A stretch of DNA of 64,000 nucleotides from Prochlorococcus sp. AG-347-E23 (GTDB lineage Bacteria > Cyanobacteriota > Cyanobacteriia > PCC-6307 > Cyanobiaceae): contig QCBH01000003.1 of NCBI GenBank assembly GCA_003281685.1, positions 48,234 through 112,233 of the forward strand. The letters are read 5' to 3'. How positions within the stretch are numbered: position 1 is the stretch's first letter; every line of letters begins with the position of its first letter. Both the position numbers and the translations under genes were made by a program. Positions 34,868 to 44,693 of the stretch are shown here, piece by piece. The notes beneath the pieces were generated by a model, which saw only the letters and a list, made by a program, of their open reading frames with translations, ran no database searches and was not told the DNA's origin.

Positions 34868-36640
34868 CTAGATTCCTACTTGAACATTCCATAAATCAGC
34901 ATATATTTTGTTCTGATCTAAAAGTCTTTCATGTTTTCCGCTTTCAACTATTTTGCCTTTATCAATAACAACAATATTATCTGCATTTTTTATAGTGCTT
35001 AATCTATGAGCTATTACTATAGTTGTTCTTTCTTTGGTGATTTTAGATAATGATTTTTGAATTAAAGCCTCTGTTTCATTGTCAACTGAGGCTGTAGCTT
35101 CATCTAATATTAATATTGGTGCATCCTTTAAAACAGCTCTCGCCAAGGCAATTCTTTGACGTTGTCCGCCTGAGAGCCTTTGGCCCCTTTCCCCCACTAT
35201 GGTTTTATAGCCATCTGGTAATTGTTCAATAAATTTATGAGCTTCCGCAATCTTTGAAGCTTGAATGATATCTTTAAGACTAGGGTTGATTGAACCATAA
35301 GCAATATTTTCTCGTACACTGCCATGAAATAAATAAGTTTCTTGACTTACTAAAGAAATGCACTTTCTCAAAGCCCTCAAATTTATTTCTTTAATAGAAA
35401 TGCCATCCAAGGTTATTGACCCATTATTACTATCATAAATCCTAAGGAGTAATTTTATTATTGTACTTTTCCCAGAACCTGTTAAACCAACAATTCCTAA
35501 TGTTGAGTTATTTTCAATTTTGAAATTTATGTTTTTTAAAGTTAAATCTCGTCCAGGATAATTAAAATTTACATTATTAAAAATAATTTCTCCTTTTATA
35601 TCTTTATGTTCAATTTTTATTTTTCCATCTTTTATTTTTATGGGCGTATCTATGAGATCAATTACTCTATTTATTGAAGCCATAGATCTCTGAAAATCAT
35701 CTAAAACATGACCCAAAGTAGTTAAAGGCCATAATAGTCTTTGTGTAATAAAAACTAAAAAACTATAAGTTCCGACATCAAGTGTCTTATTCCAAGTTTG
35801 GAAACCTCCAATTAATAGAATCGCTATAAAAGCAAATAAGATTGCAAATCTTATAAGAGGGATAAAAGCAGAAGATAATTTTATTGCAGCCTTGTTACTT
35901 CTTTGATATTCGAGACTTTCTTTATTTAATCTATTTAGTTCCCATTTTTCTTTAGTAAAACTTTTTATGGTTAGAATTCCACTTAAATTATTATTAAGTC
36001 TTGATGCTAATAGTCCAGCTTTATTTCTAACATCTCTATATTTTGGAGCAAGTTTCCTTTGAAATTTAATTGATCCTAAAAATATAATTGGAATAGGAAA
36101 GAAAGCAAATAAAGCGACTTTTGGAGCGACAAAAATCATAGTGAGCCCAATTATTAAAACAGTTATAAATAACTGAATAATCTGATTAGCTCCTTGGTCT
36201 AGAAATCTCTCAAGTTGATTTATATCATCATTCAAAATAGATAATAGCCTTCCAGTATTATCATTTTCAAAAAAATCCATATCTAATTCCTGGATATGCT
36301 CATAAGCTTTTATTCTTAATTTATGTTGCGATAGCTGAGCCAAATTTCTCCATAAAATCGAATATAAATATTCAAAGGAGGATTCACCAGACCAAACTAT
36401 TCCTGAAGCAAATGCAAGAAAAATCAATTGTGCTGGAACTTCTTTTATTCCAAAACTAGCAATCCATGAATTCTGTTCCTTGACAACGATATCCACCGCA
36501 AGAGCAATTATTACAGGGGGAGCTAAATCTAATATTTTATTAATTATGGAACTAAGAAAAGCAAAAAATACTAACCTTCTTTCTTCAATCAGATTTAAAT
36601 AAAGTCTAATTATTGGATTTTGATTGTTCTTATACCTCAT
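34868..36640 (-). CDS. ABC transporter, fused permease/ATPase (exporter type)
   Basis: TM domain plus GLTGSGKS, LSGGQRQR and LDEATA motifs. Confidence 0.93.
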   Translation of the reverse strand: MRYKNNQNPIIRLYLNLIEERRLVFFAFLSSIINKILDLAPPVIIALAVDIVVKEQNSWIASFGIKEVPAQLIFLAFASGIVWSGESSFEYLYSILWRNLAQLSQHKLRIKAYEHIQELDMDFFENDNTGRLLSILNDDINQLERFLDQGANQIIQLFITVLIIGLTMIFVAPKVALFAFFPIPIIFLGSIKFQRKLAPKYRDVRNKAGLLASRLNNNLSGILTIKSFTKEKWELNRLNKESLEYQRSNKAAIKLSSAFIPLIRFAILFAFIAILLIGGFQTWNKTLDVGTYSFLVFITQRLLWPLTTLGHVLDDFQRSMASINRVIDLIDTPIKIKDGKIKIEHKDIKGEIIFNNVNFNYPGRDLTLKNINFKIENNSTLGIVGLTGSGKSTIIKLLLRIYDSNNGSITLDGISIKEINLRALRKCISLVSQETYLFHGSVRENIAYGSINPSLKDIIQASKIAEAHKFIEQLPDGYKTIVGERGQRLSGGQRQRIALARAVLKDAPILILDEATASVDNETEALIQKSLSKITKERTTIVIAHRLSTIKNADNIVVIDKGKIVESGKHERLLDQNKIYADLWNVQVGI

Positions 36641-36650
36641 AAAATATCAA

Positions 36651-36944
36651 TTAAATTTTTCTATAATGATTTAAATTTTCTTTAGTTTCTAATTTACATT
36701 TTGTTTTTGCATCTTGATGACTTGAAGTGTTTGTAAATTCTTCGTAGTAACAATCGCAAGTTTCATTTGCAATTTCTTCACTATATATCATTTCTGCTTT
36801 CATCATCTCCTCTTTGACACTCTGAAGACAAAATAATTTTATGATTGAATTTTGTTTGGTTTGAGCTAAATAATAACTATTAAGAGAATTGAATAGGAGC
36901 ATAAGGTTCACAAAAATAAGGAATTTATATTTGCCAGCTTTCAT
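36651..36944 (-). CDS. Hypothetical small secreted Cys-containing protein
   Basis: 97-aa ORF, hydrophobic N-terminus, four Cys. Confidence 0.65.
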   Translation of the reverse strand: MKAGKYKFLIFVNLMLLFNSLNSYYLAQTKQNSIIKLFCLQSVKEEMMKAEMIYSEEIANETCDCYYEEFTNTSSHQDAKTKCKLETKENLNHYRKI

Positions 36945-36953
36945 TCTCTATAC

Positions 36954-38735
36954 CTAGGTTCTGACTTTAATTTTTTTTAATTTATTTTTAGTTTCTCTAT
37001 GCAGATCTCTTGGTAAATCTACCAGACTGTAATCATTAAAAATCTGAATCTTACCTATGGATCTGCCATTTATATTAGTTGAATTACAGATTGAGGATAT
37101 AATATTTGCAACTCTAACCCCATCAAATTTACCAAAGTTAAATTTGTAAGTTTCAAAAGAATCATTTTGATAATTATTTCTTCTATTTGAATTTCTCATA
37201 CGATTATTAATATTTCTATTTGATCTACTTCTATCAGTATTATTTTGTTTATTAATCCAAGAATCATCTTCATTAACAAAAAATGATTTATTACCTATTA
37301 CTAAATTAATCGCCGCCATTGCAATATTCGATTCATCCATAGAGTATTTTTCTTTTAAATTATCTAGTACATCAATAATCAAAGCTTTATTTTCTTCATT
37401 TTCATCTTTAGCTAAAGAACTCTCATTAACATTATCTATAAGTTTCTCCATCCTTTTTTCATTTATTATTTTATTACTTGGTATATTAATTTCTTCAATT
37501 TTAGTTCTTGTTGAGTTTTCTAAGTTTCTTAGAAAATGTTTTTCTCTTTGATTAACAAATAAAATTGCTTCTCCTGTTCTACCTGCCCTTCCAGTTCTTC
37601 CAATTCTATGAGTATATGTTTCCTTGTCAAAAGGAAAATCGTAATTAACAACAAGTTTTATCCTCTCAACATCTAATCCTCTAGCTGCTACATCAGTTGC
37701 AACAAGGATATTAATAAATCCTCTTTTTAATCTATCTACAGTATTTTCTCTTTGATTTTGAGGTATATCTCCATTAAGTACTGCCACAGTATGACCTGAA
37801 TTCTCTAAAGCTTCAGCTATTGAAGTAGTAAGTAGTTTTGTCCTCACAAAAATAATTACTCCCTCGTTATTAAGTTCTAATATTCTTTTTAAAGCATCTA
37901 ACTTATGATGCCTTTGTACATATAGAAATTTTTGAGAAATTAATTGAGTTTCTTTTTGAACACTTTTGATTAATATTTCAGCAGGATCATTTAGATATTT
38001 TTTTGCTATATTTCTTATCTCACTAGGCATTGTTGCTGAAAACAATACCATCTGCTTATTTTCCGGAAGTTGATCTATTATCCATTCAATATCTTCAAGA
38101 AAACCCATATTTAACATCTCATCTGCCTCATCTAAAACAAGGCAATTTATATCTTTAATTTTAAAAGTCCCCTGCCTTATATGATCCATTATTCGTCCTG
38201 GGGTCCCAACAACTACGTCAACTTTTCTTTTTAATGCAGAAATTTGATTTCGATAGTCAGTACCTCCATATATTGCAACCGTCTTAAAATTACTAGATTC
38301 AGAACTATAACTTTTAAAAGATTCTGCAACTTGAGTTGCTAATTCTCTTGTAGGAGTCATAACTAAAACCTTGGCATTTAATTCTTTATTATCTGCAAGT
38401 TTTTCTATTAATGGTAATGCGAAAGCTGCAGTCTTTCCTGTTCCTGTTTGTGCTTGGCCTAGTAAATCTCTGCCTAACATTAGTTCGGGAATTGCAGCTT
38501 TTTGGATGGGAGTTGGATTTTTATATCCTTTATTTTTTAACGAATTTAATATCGATTGATTAAACCCAAAATAGTGAAATCCATTCTCATTATGATTTCT
38601 TTTCGATACTTCCAATGGTTGAGATTCAATTTCTTTTTTGTTCTCTAAGTTCTTTAACTCAATTAGGGAAGCATCTTCATTCTGAGATTTTTTCTTCTCA
38701 CTATCTAGAGAGTTACTATCTTTTTTTAAAACCAT
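36954..38735 (-). CDS. deaD: DEAD-box RNA helicase with DbpA-type RNA-binding C-terminus
   Basis: Q motif PTPIQ, AQTGTGKT, DEAD, SAT and HRIGRTGRAG motifs. Confidence 0.95.
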   Translation of the reverse strand: MVLKKDSNSLDSEKKKSQNEDASLIELKNLENKKEIESQPLEVSKRNHNENGFHYFGFNQSILNSLKNKGYKNPTPIQKAAIPELMLGRDLLGQAQTGTGKTAAFALPLIEKLADNKELNAKVLVMTPTRELATQVAESFKSYSSESSNFKTVAIYGGTDYRNQISALKRKVDVVVGTPGRIMDHIRQGTFKIKDINCLVLDEADEMLNMGFLEDIEWIIDQLPENKQMVLFSATMPSEIRNIAKKYLNDPAEILIKSVQKETQLISQKFLYVQRHHKLDALKRILELNNEGVIIFVRTKLLTTSIAEALENSGHTVAVLNGDIPQNQRENTVDRLKRGFINILVATDVAARGLDVERIKLVVNYDFPFDKETYTHRIGRTGRAGRTGEAILFVNQREKHFLRNLENSTRTKIEEINIPSNKIINEKRMEKLIDNVNESSLAKDENEENKALIIDVLDNLKEKYSMDESNIAMAAINLVIGNKSFFVNEDDSWINKQNNTDRSRSNRNINNRMRNSNRRNNYQNDSFETYKFNFGKFDGVRVANIISSICNSTNINGRSIGKIQIFNDYSLVDLPRDLHRETKNKLKKIKVRT

Positions 38736-38739
38736 TTTA

Positions 38740-38768
38740 AATGCCTAATAATCTTCTGATTAGGCATT
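38740..38768 (-). promoter_or_regulatory. Perfect 10-bp hairpin in the deaD 5' leader
   Basis: AATGCCTAAT (38740-38749) and ATTAGGCATT (38759-38768), 4 nt from the ATG. Confidence 0.5.
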
Positions 38769-38872
38769 CAACAAATATCTAAATTGACTTAAATTGTTGA
38801 TTAGCCTTACAGAGCCGAGTTATTAATCTAACATCTTGAGGTTAAGATCTTACTAATTTCTAAAAATAAAAT

Positions 38873-40576
38873 TTAATTTAAATAATATATATCTAAAAAT
38901 TTTTTCGCTCTTGTAACAGCAGTATAAAATAACCTTCTTTCAAAATTATCTCTACAAAAGATATTTTCAATATCATTTTTTTCTCTTATAGCATATTGAT
39001 TTCTTCTATACTTTTGTGACCATAAAATGCTTACTTTTTCAGATTCACTACCTTGAGATTTATGAATAGTAATGGCTATTGCTGGCACAACATTTTCTAA
39101 ATTAGATGGATCAATTAATGTGACAATTTCTTCGTTATTATCATTAAATTTTCTAAAAAGATATTTTCTATTATTTTTCAAACCTATAAGCACTCCTATA
39201 TCCCCATTTGATAATCCAAGTTCATTATTATTTTTTGTACACATGATCGGGACCCCCTCTTTAAGACTTTTAAGGTCATGAGGTTTTTTTTGACCAAAAA
39301 CAATTTCATTCAAATATTCAACACTCCATATTCCGGAATTTTTCTCGCATAAAATCAAGTGACTTTGTAAATCCAGAAATATCTTATCTACTAAATCTTT
39401 TTCATTAAGTAATAAATTATCAATACCCTCATCAAATATATATTTTTTTTTACTTAAATTTGAAGTTGAAAGATTTAACTGTTTTAGATGACTTGTAATC
39501 GAAAAAAATAGATCTTTTGGAATATCTTTTTCTCTACTTTTTGAAATAGTAATTTCTTTTGAATTATTATCTTTTTCTAATTCTTTTATCTTTTGATTGA
39601 GTAAAGAAAAATCATTATTAAATATTAAACTACTAATTAATGCTATATCTCCAATATTTCTATAAGTTTTTTCTAAATTTACTACACAAGATTTGATTGA
39701 ACTATTATCACCATATTCAAACAAATAATTCCAGATAGAACAGTTATTTACGGGAGACAATTGATTTTTATCTCCAACTAAAATAATTTTACAGTCCTTT
39801 GCTAATAAATTTAAAACTGATTCAATCAAATCGATATTAACCATTGACATCTCATCAATTATGAAAATATCAAGCTCTTTTAGTTTAAATTTCAACTTGA
39901 GAGATTTATTTTGAGAATTTAAAATCCATCTATGTAAAGTTTGAAATTCTATTTGGTCTAGAAATTTGCTAGAGGAAATATTTTTTTTATCATTAAGAGC
40001 TTCTTTTAAACGAGCTGTAGCTTTACCCGTTGGAGCAGACAAACCAATATTTAAAAATTTATCAATTTGAAGGAGTTCTATTATTAACTTTATTATTAAA
40101 GTGGTTTTACCCGTACCTGGTCCTCCTTGAAGGAAAACTAAGTTTGAATATTTAAATATATTTTTAATTTGATCAATTTTATTATCATCTTTATAAATTA
40201 TCGAGTTCATTAAATTATCGGTATCTATTTTTTTTTGAAATGAATTAATAACTCTTTCTATCTTTGTTGACCATTTTGATAGAGATAATTTTCTATTTAA
40301 TAATACGAATGGAGAATTAAGGGAACCTATCAAACCTATATTTTTCAGAACATCTATATGTTTATTGGGCCAGCCATCTTCTAATAATTCAAAGATTATT
40401 AAACTATTATCTAAATCAATAATAGTTTCACCATTTTTTTCAAAATCTAATAAAATTCTTATTGCATCTTTTACAAAATTTCCATATTTTTTTTCATTGA
40501 ATTTGAAAATACCTAAGATTAAATTAAAAATATGATCATATTGGATTTTTTCAATATCAGTAGTAGTTTTAGTCAT
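38873..40576 (-). CDS. recD: Exodeoxyribonuclease V alpha subunit
   Basis: GGPGTGKT, IIDEMSM, GDKNQL, TIHKSQGSE and YTAVTRA motifs. Confidence 0.92.
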   Translation of the reverse strand: MTKTTTDIEKIQYDHIFNLILGIFKFNEKKYGNFVKDAIRILLDFEKNGETIIDLDNSLIIFELLEDGWPNKHIDVLKNIGLIGSLNSPFVLLNRKLSLSKWSTKIERVINSFQKKIDTDNLMNSIIYKDDNKIDQIKNIFKYSNLVFLQGGPGTGKTTLIIKLIIELLQIDKFLNIGLSAPTGKATARLKEALNDKKNISSSKFLDQIEFQTLHRWILNSQNKSLKLKFKLKELDIFIIDEMSMVNIDLIESVLNLLAKDCKIILVGDKNQLSPVNNCSIWNYLFEYGDNSSIKSCVVNLEKTYRNIGDIALISSLIFNNDFSLLNQKIKELEKDNNSKEITISKSREKDIPKDLFFSITSHLKQLNLSTSNLSKKKYIFDEGIDNLLLNEKDLVDKIFLDLQSHLILCEKNSGIWSVEYLNEIVFGQKKPHDLKSLKEGVPIMCTKNNNELGLSNGDIGVLIGLKNNRKYLFRKFNDNNEEIVTLIDPSNLENVVPAIAITIHKSQGSESEKVSILWSQKYRRNQYAIREKNDIENIFCRDNFERRLFYTAVTRAKKFLDIYYLN

Positions 40577-40577
40577 T

Positions 40578-43500
40578 CTAAAAAAGGTTATCTAAATATT
40601 TAATTCTTTTTAAAGGTGCTTTGCCAATAAAAATACCTGGAGATATATCTTTCGAATTAGATTTTTCAAATAATTCAAAATCTGGCAATCCCTTTAAAAA
40701 CAAATAAATATATCCTCCTAGATGTTTTTGTGGTTGATAATTTTTAAGTCTCCACTTTAATAATCGATGCAATGCTAATAAATAAAGATGAGATTGCAAT
40801 GGATAATGATGTTTAATCATTTCGTTTCTCATATTTTCATAGTTATAGTTTCTTGGTAAACAATCACTATTATCACTACCAGAAATAAAATTACTTTTCC
40901 AATCAATTACCCACCATTTACTATCTTCTAAATTATTACCTACGGGAAAAACACAATCAATACATCCTGAATGAAAGCCTTTATTCATAATTTGAAGATC
41001 ATTTATTTTGTTTGCATATTCTTCACCAAATTCATATTCCTGATCTAAAAAAAAGCATTTTGATATATCATTAGAATTAATATTTCTGCCTTCATAAGAT
41101 AGAGTTAAATCATATTTAAGTTCCTTAATTAAGTATTCATTTGGAATATCAACTAATTTCTTATTTTTTAATTCGCTTCCTAAAGATATATTTATAATCC
41201 TTATAACCGCATCTTTTACTTTATAAGCCAAAGAAGTATCGATTTGATGAAAGTTCAATTCCTCAATAATTAAATTCATTAATTCTGTATTATTATCGTT
41301 TCTAAATTCAAATCTTTCTATTATTTTGTGCAGGCAAGTCCCCGCAATAGTTCCTTTTGGAAATTCACTTAAGGGATTTGGATAAGAAAAATAATTAGGA
41401 TAAATCTTTGATTTCCTAAGAATAGACTCTTTGATAATTGATATATTATCTTGATAATCCTTATATTGATTAATGACTGAATCAATATTTTTATCTTTAC
41501 GTATCCATGAAGAATAACTTGAATAAGAAAATTGATCAGAATTAAATTCATTAGATATTTTTTTATTAATGTTATCGATTTTCCAAAGATTATTATTATT
41601 CAATCGATTAGTTTGGAACTTAGCAAAAATTTCTTTTATTTTCTCTTTTTCTATTTTTAATTCAAAACTAGACTTATAAATATTGATATTTTCCAAATTA
41701 TTAAGTAAATCATTATTTAAAATATTATTTGTATCTTCTAAATCATTAAAAACAACAAGTTTATATTTACTCCTTGTAAGTGCTACATAAATTAACCTCT
41801 CACTTTCTTTAAATAAATCTTCTTCTTCTATTAATTTAAATTTTTCAACCTTCGCATAATTATTAGAAATATTAATATATATGTTTCTATCAATATTTGA
41901 TTTCCAAAGAGGTCCTTTAATTTTATTTGACTTATTTGAAATAATTGGAAGATATGGACATATGACTATTTCAAATTCGAGACCCTTACTACTATGAATG
42001 GTATAAAGATTTATTCCATTTTGAAGATTATAATCTTTCGTCAAAAAATCTTCTCCGGTAGAAATTCTTAAAATATGATCTAACTGATTTTTATACCAGT
42101 TGAAGACTTTATTGAGATTAAAATCATTATTCATTAATTCTATTTCAACAATTTCTGAAAGTTGAAATAAATTTGAATTTAAATCTGAATCTTGAATAAT
42201 CGAAGATGAATTGTGATTTATAAGGAGTTCATTAACAATGTTTAAAAAACCTTTTTCTCTCAGTTCTTGGGACCAAGAAATGCATTTATTAATTAAAATT
42301 TCTAAATTATTACTAATTCCATCATCAAGTAAATCTTTCAATTCTATTTTTATAAACTTTGAAGTAGCAAGCAACTTTATATTTTTTAAAGACCTCGGAT
42401 TTAATAAACATTCAATAAATAAAAATATTAGAGAACTTGCTTCTGTATCAAAAATATTTTGTTTATTTTGAATTTTGCATGGAAGGTTAAACTGATTTAA
42501 TTTTTTTTTAAAATCTAAGCATTGCGAATTGTTTAATGTAAGAATCGCAATTTTATTAATATCAATTTCTTTATTATCTAAAATAAAGTTAACTATGTAA
42601 TGAGTAACAAGATCCTCTATATCAATCTCTTTTTTTGAAAATTCTACAATTTCAAATACATCCTTAAATTTAAATTCAGAATTAATATTTTCATTAATTC
42701 TAGAGGTTAATTTCCTATAGTTTAGTTTTGATTGTTTAAGTCCATTCTTATAAAGTTTATTAAGAACATCGATTAACTGTTTTGAGGATCTATAGTTATC
42801 TGTAAGATTAAAAACTTCGGTTGCATTAGATCTTGCATCTAAGTAAGTTTCAATATCTCCCCCTCTAAATTTATAGATAGCTTGTTTTGGATCACCTACA
42901 CAAAGTAAAAATTGATTTTTTGTATTAAAGAACTTTTTTATTAAATTCCACTGAATAATATCTGTATCTTGAAACTCATCTACTAATACACATTTAAATC
43001 TTTTTTGAATTTTAGATAGAGTATTACTATTACTAATTTCTGAATCTAAAAATGTATTTTCTACAGTTTTTATAAGATCATTGAAGTTAAAAATAGAAAA
43101 ACTTTTCTTTAATTCAATTAATTTTATATAAGCTAGTTGGGTAAATATCCTTACAAATTCGGTATAGAAACCTTCTTTTATTTTATAAATTTTATCTTGT
43201 AATAAATTAAATTTAGTAAAATCTAATTTTAGATTATGTTTATTAATTTCTTTAGATATATTGTCATTATAAAAATATTTAGATAAAAGATCATCTTTAG
43301 AAATATCATATATAAAATCAATCACATTTTTAGAATTAAGCCTTTTGTTAATCTCTTCAATCCAACAAATTATTTGATTAAACTTATCATCTCTTGGTTT
43401 TGCTGCATATATTTGACTTTTTCCACCACTCTCCTTAATTAATTTTCCCAACTCTATGAGTTGTAAAAATAATTCCTTACCTTTCTTATTCCATTCCACA

Positions 43501-44204
43501 CAAAACTCGTTCCAATTTGAATAAATAAATTCATTAAAATAATTATTTAAATCAATAATCTTATACTTATTATTTATTTGAAATTTACAGATATTTTCTT
43601 GATCTATATTTTTTAAAATTTCTACAAAAAATGACTTATTGATCCTACTTCCAAATCTAGAACTTATTTTTTTTTTGATGACTGCTGAAATAAGCTGTTG
43701 ATTAAGATTCAGAAAATCATCCATCCACAAATTATCTATTACATCTTTATACAAATTATCTATATTATTCTCAATATTTGGATCTTGAGTTACACCTATT
43801 TCAATACTATATTCATCAATAATATTATTGCAAAAAGAATGAAATGTAGTTACTTGTAACTTGTAAATTTCATTAACAAAATTATCAATTTCGGATATAA
43901 TTTTTTTCTTAGATTTCTCCTTCTCCTTAAATCTTTGATACCAATCCTTAAGGGTATTATCTATGTTACTTTCATTATGATTTTGCAAATATAATTTTAA
44001 ATCCTGAAATCTCAGAAGTATTTTATCTCGTAATTCAGAACAAGTATTTTTTGTAAAACTTAATAAGAGTATCTCATCTGGTTTAATTTTTTTCTCCAAA
44101 ACATTTCTTAAAACTAGGTGAGCTAAAGTGAAACTTTTGCCAGTTCCAGCACTTGCTTCTACTAATTTAAATTTGTTATCTAAATTAATTTGATTAATAT
44201 CCAT
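40578..44204 (-). CDS. recB: Exodeoxyribonuclease V beta subunit
   Basis: ASAGTGKS, DEFQD, GDPKQAIYKFRG, TIHSSKGLE, YVALTR and nuclease IDC...IDWKS motifs. Confidence 0.94.
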   Translation of the reverse strand: MDINQINLDNKFKLVEASAGTGKSFTLAHLVLRNVLEKKIKPDEILLLSFTKNTCSELRDKILLRFQDLKLYLQNHNESNIDNTLKDWYQRFKEKEKSKKKIISEIDNFVNEIYKLQVTTFHSFCNNIIDEYSIEIGVTQDPNIENNIDNLYKDVIDNLWMDDFLNLNQQLISAVIKKKISSRFGSRINKSFFVEILKNIDQENICKFQINNKYKIIDLNNYFNEFIYSNWNEFCVEWNKKGKELFLQLIELGKLIKESGGKSQIYAAKPRDDKFNQIICWIEEINKRLNSKNVIDFIYDISKDDLLSKYFYNDNISKEINKHNLKLDFTKFNLLQDKIYKIKEGFYTEFVRIFTQLAYIKLIELKKSFSIFNFNDLIKTVENTFLDSEISNSNTLSKIQKRFKCVLVDEFQDTDIIQWNLIKKFFNTKNQFLLCVGDPKQAIYKFRGGDIETYLDARSNATEVFNLTDNYRSSKQLIDVLNKLYKNGLKQSKLNYRKLTSRINENINSEFKFKDVFEIVEFSKKEIDIEDLVTHYIVNFILDNKEIDINKIAILTLNNSQCLDFKKKLNQFNLPCKIQNKQNIFDTEASSLIFLFIECLLNPRSLKNIKLLATSKFIKIELKDLLDDGISNNLEILINKCISWSQELREKGFLNIVNELLINHNSSSIIQDSDLNSNLFQLSEIVEIELMNNDFNLNKVFNWYKNQLDHILRISTGEDFLTKDYNLQNGINLYTIHSSKGLEFEIVICPYLPIISNKSNKIKGPLWKSNIDRNIYINISNNYAKVEKFKLIEEEDLFKESERLIYVALTRSKYKLVVFNDLEDTNNILNNDLLNNLENINIYKSSFELKIEKEKIKEIFAKFQTNRLNNNNLWKIDNINKKISNEFNSDQFSYSSYSSWIRKDKNIDSVINQYKDYQDNISIIKESILRKSKIYPNYFSYPNPLSEFPKGTIAGTCLHKIIERFEFRNDNNTELMNLIIEELNFHQIDTSLAYKVKDAVIRIINISLGSELKNKKLVDIPNEYLIKELKYDLTLSYEGRNINSNDISKCFFLDQEYEFGEEYANKINDLQIMNKGFHSGCIDCVFPVGNNLEDSKWWVIDWKSNFISGSDNSDCLPRNYNYENMRNEMIKHHYPLQSHLYLLALHRLLKWRLKNYQPQKHLGGYIYLFLKGLPDFELFEKSNSKDISPGIFIGKAPLKRIKYLDNLF

Positions 44205-44216
44205 ATCTTTATTGAA

Positions 44217-44690
44217 TTAAAATTTGACCTCATTTTTATAAACTAAGTAATTCTTAAATTTATTATTTAAATATTGCTCTTCTAAGGCAATCTTAAATTT
44301 AATTGTTAAACCCAGACTTATTGATAAAAATAAATAATAAATAGATAGCTTGATTATAAAAAAGCCAAAGGAAATAAATATTAAAGAATAGTACATAGGA
44401 TGACGCGTAAATCGATAAATACCAGTAGTAACAAGATTGCTATTATTTATTGGTCTTGGGAAAGGAGATAAATTTCTACCTAGGTCTTTAATTGCGATTA
44501 ACAATATTATGAAAGCGATTATGATAATTAAAAACCCCATTAAATAAGATAAAGTACTAACTTGAATTATTTGTTTTTGTGGAAAAAATTCCCATTGAAA
44601 AAAATGGAGACTAATAATAAAGAACTGTAAAAAAACAAGGATTATTTCATAAGCAGCCTTTAAAAAAACCTTTAACTGAAATTGAGTCAT
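44217..44690 (-). CDS. Isoprenylcysteine/phospholipid methyltransferase family membrane protein
   Basis: LVTTGIYRFTRHPMY and EEQYL motifs. Confidence 0.85.
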   Translation of the reverse strand: MTQFQLKVFLKAAYEIILVFLQFFIISLHFFQWEFFPQKQIIQVSTLSYLMGFLIIIIAFIILLIAIKDLGRNLSPFPRPINNSNLVTTGIYRFTRHPMYYSLIFISFGFFIIKLSIYYLFLSISLGLTIKFKIALEEQYLNNKFKNYLVYKNEVKF

Positions 44691-44693
44691 TAT

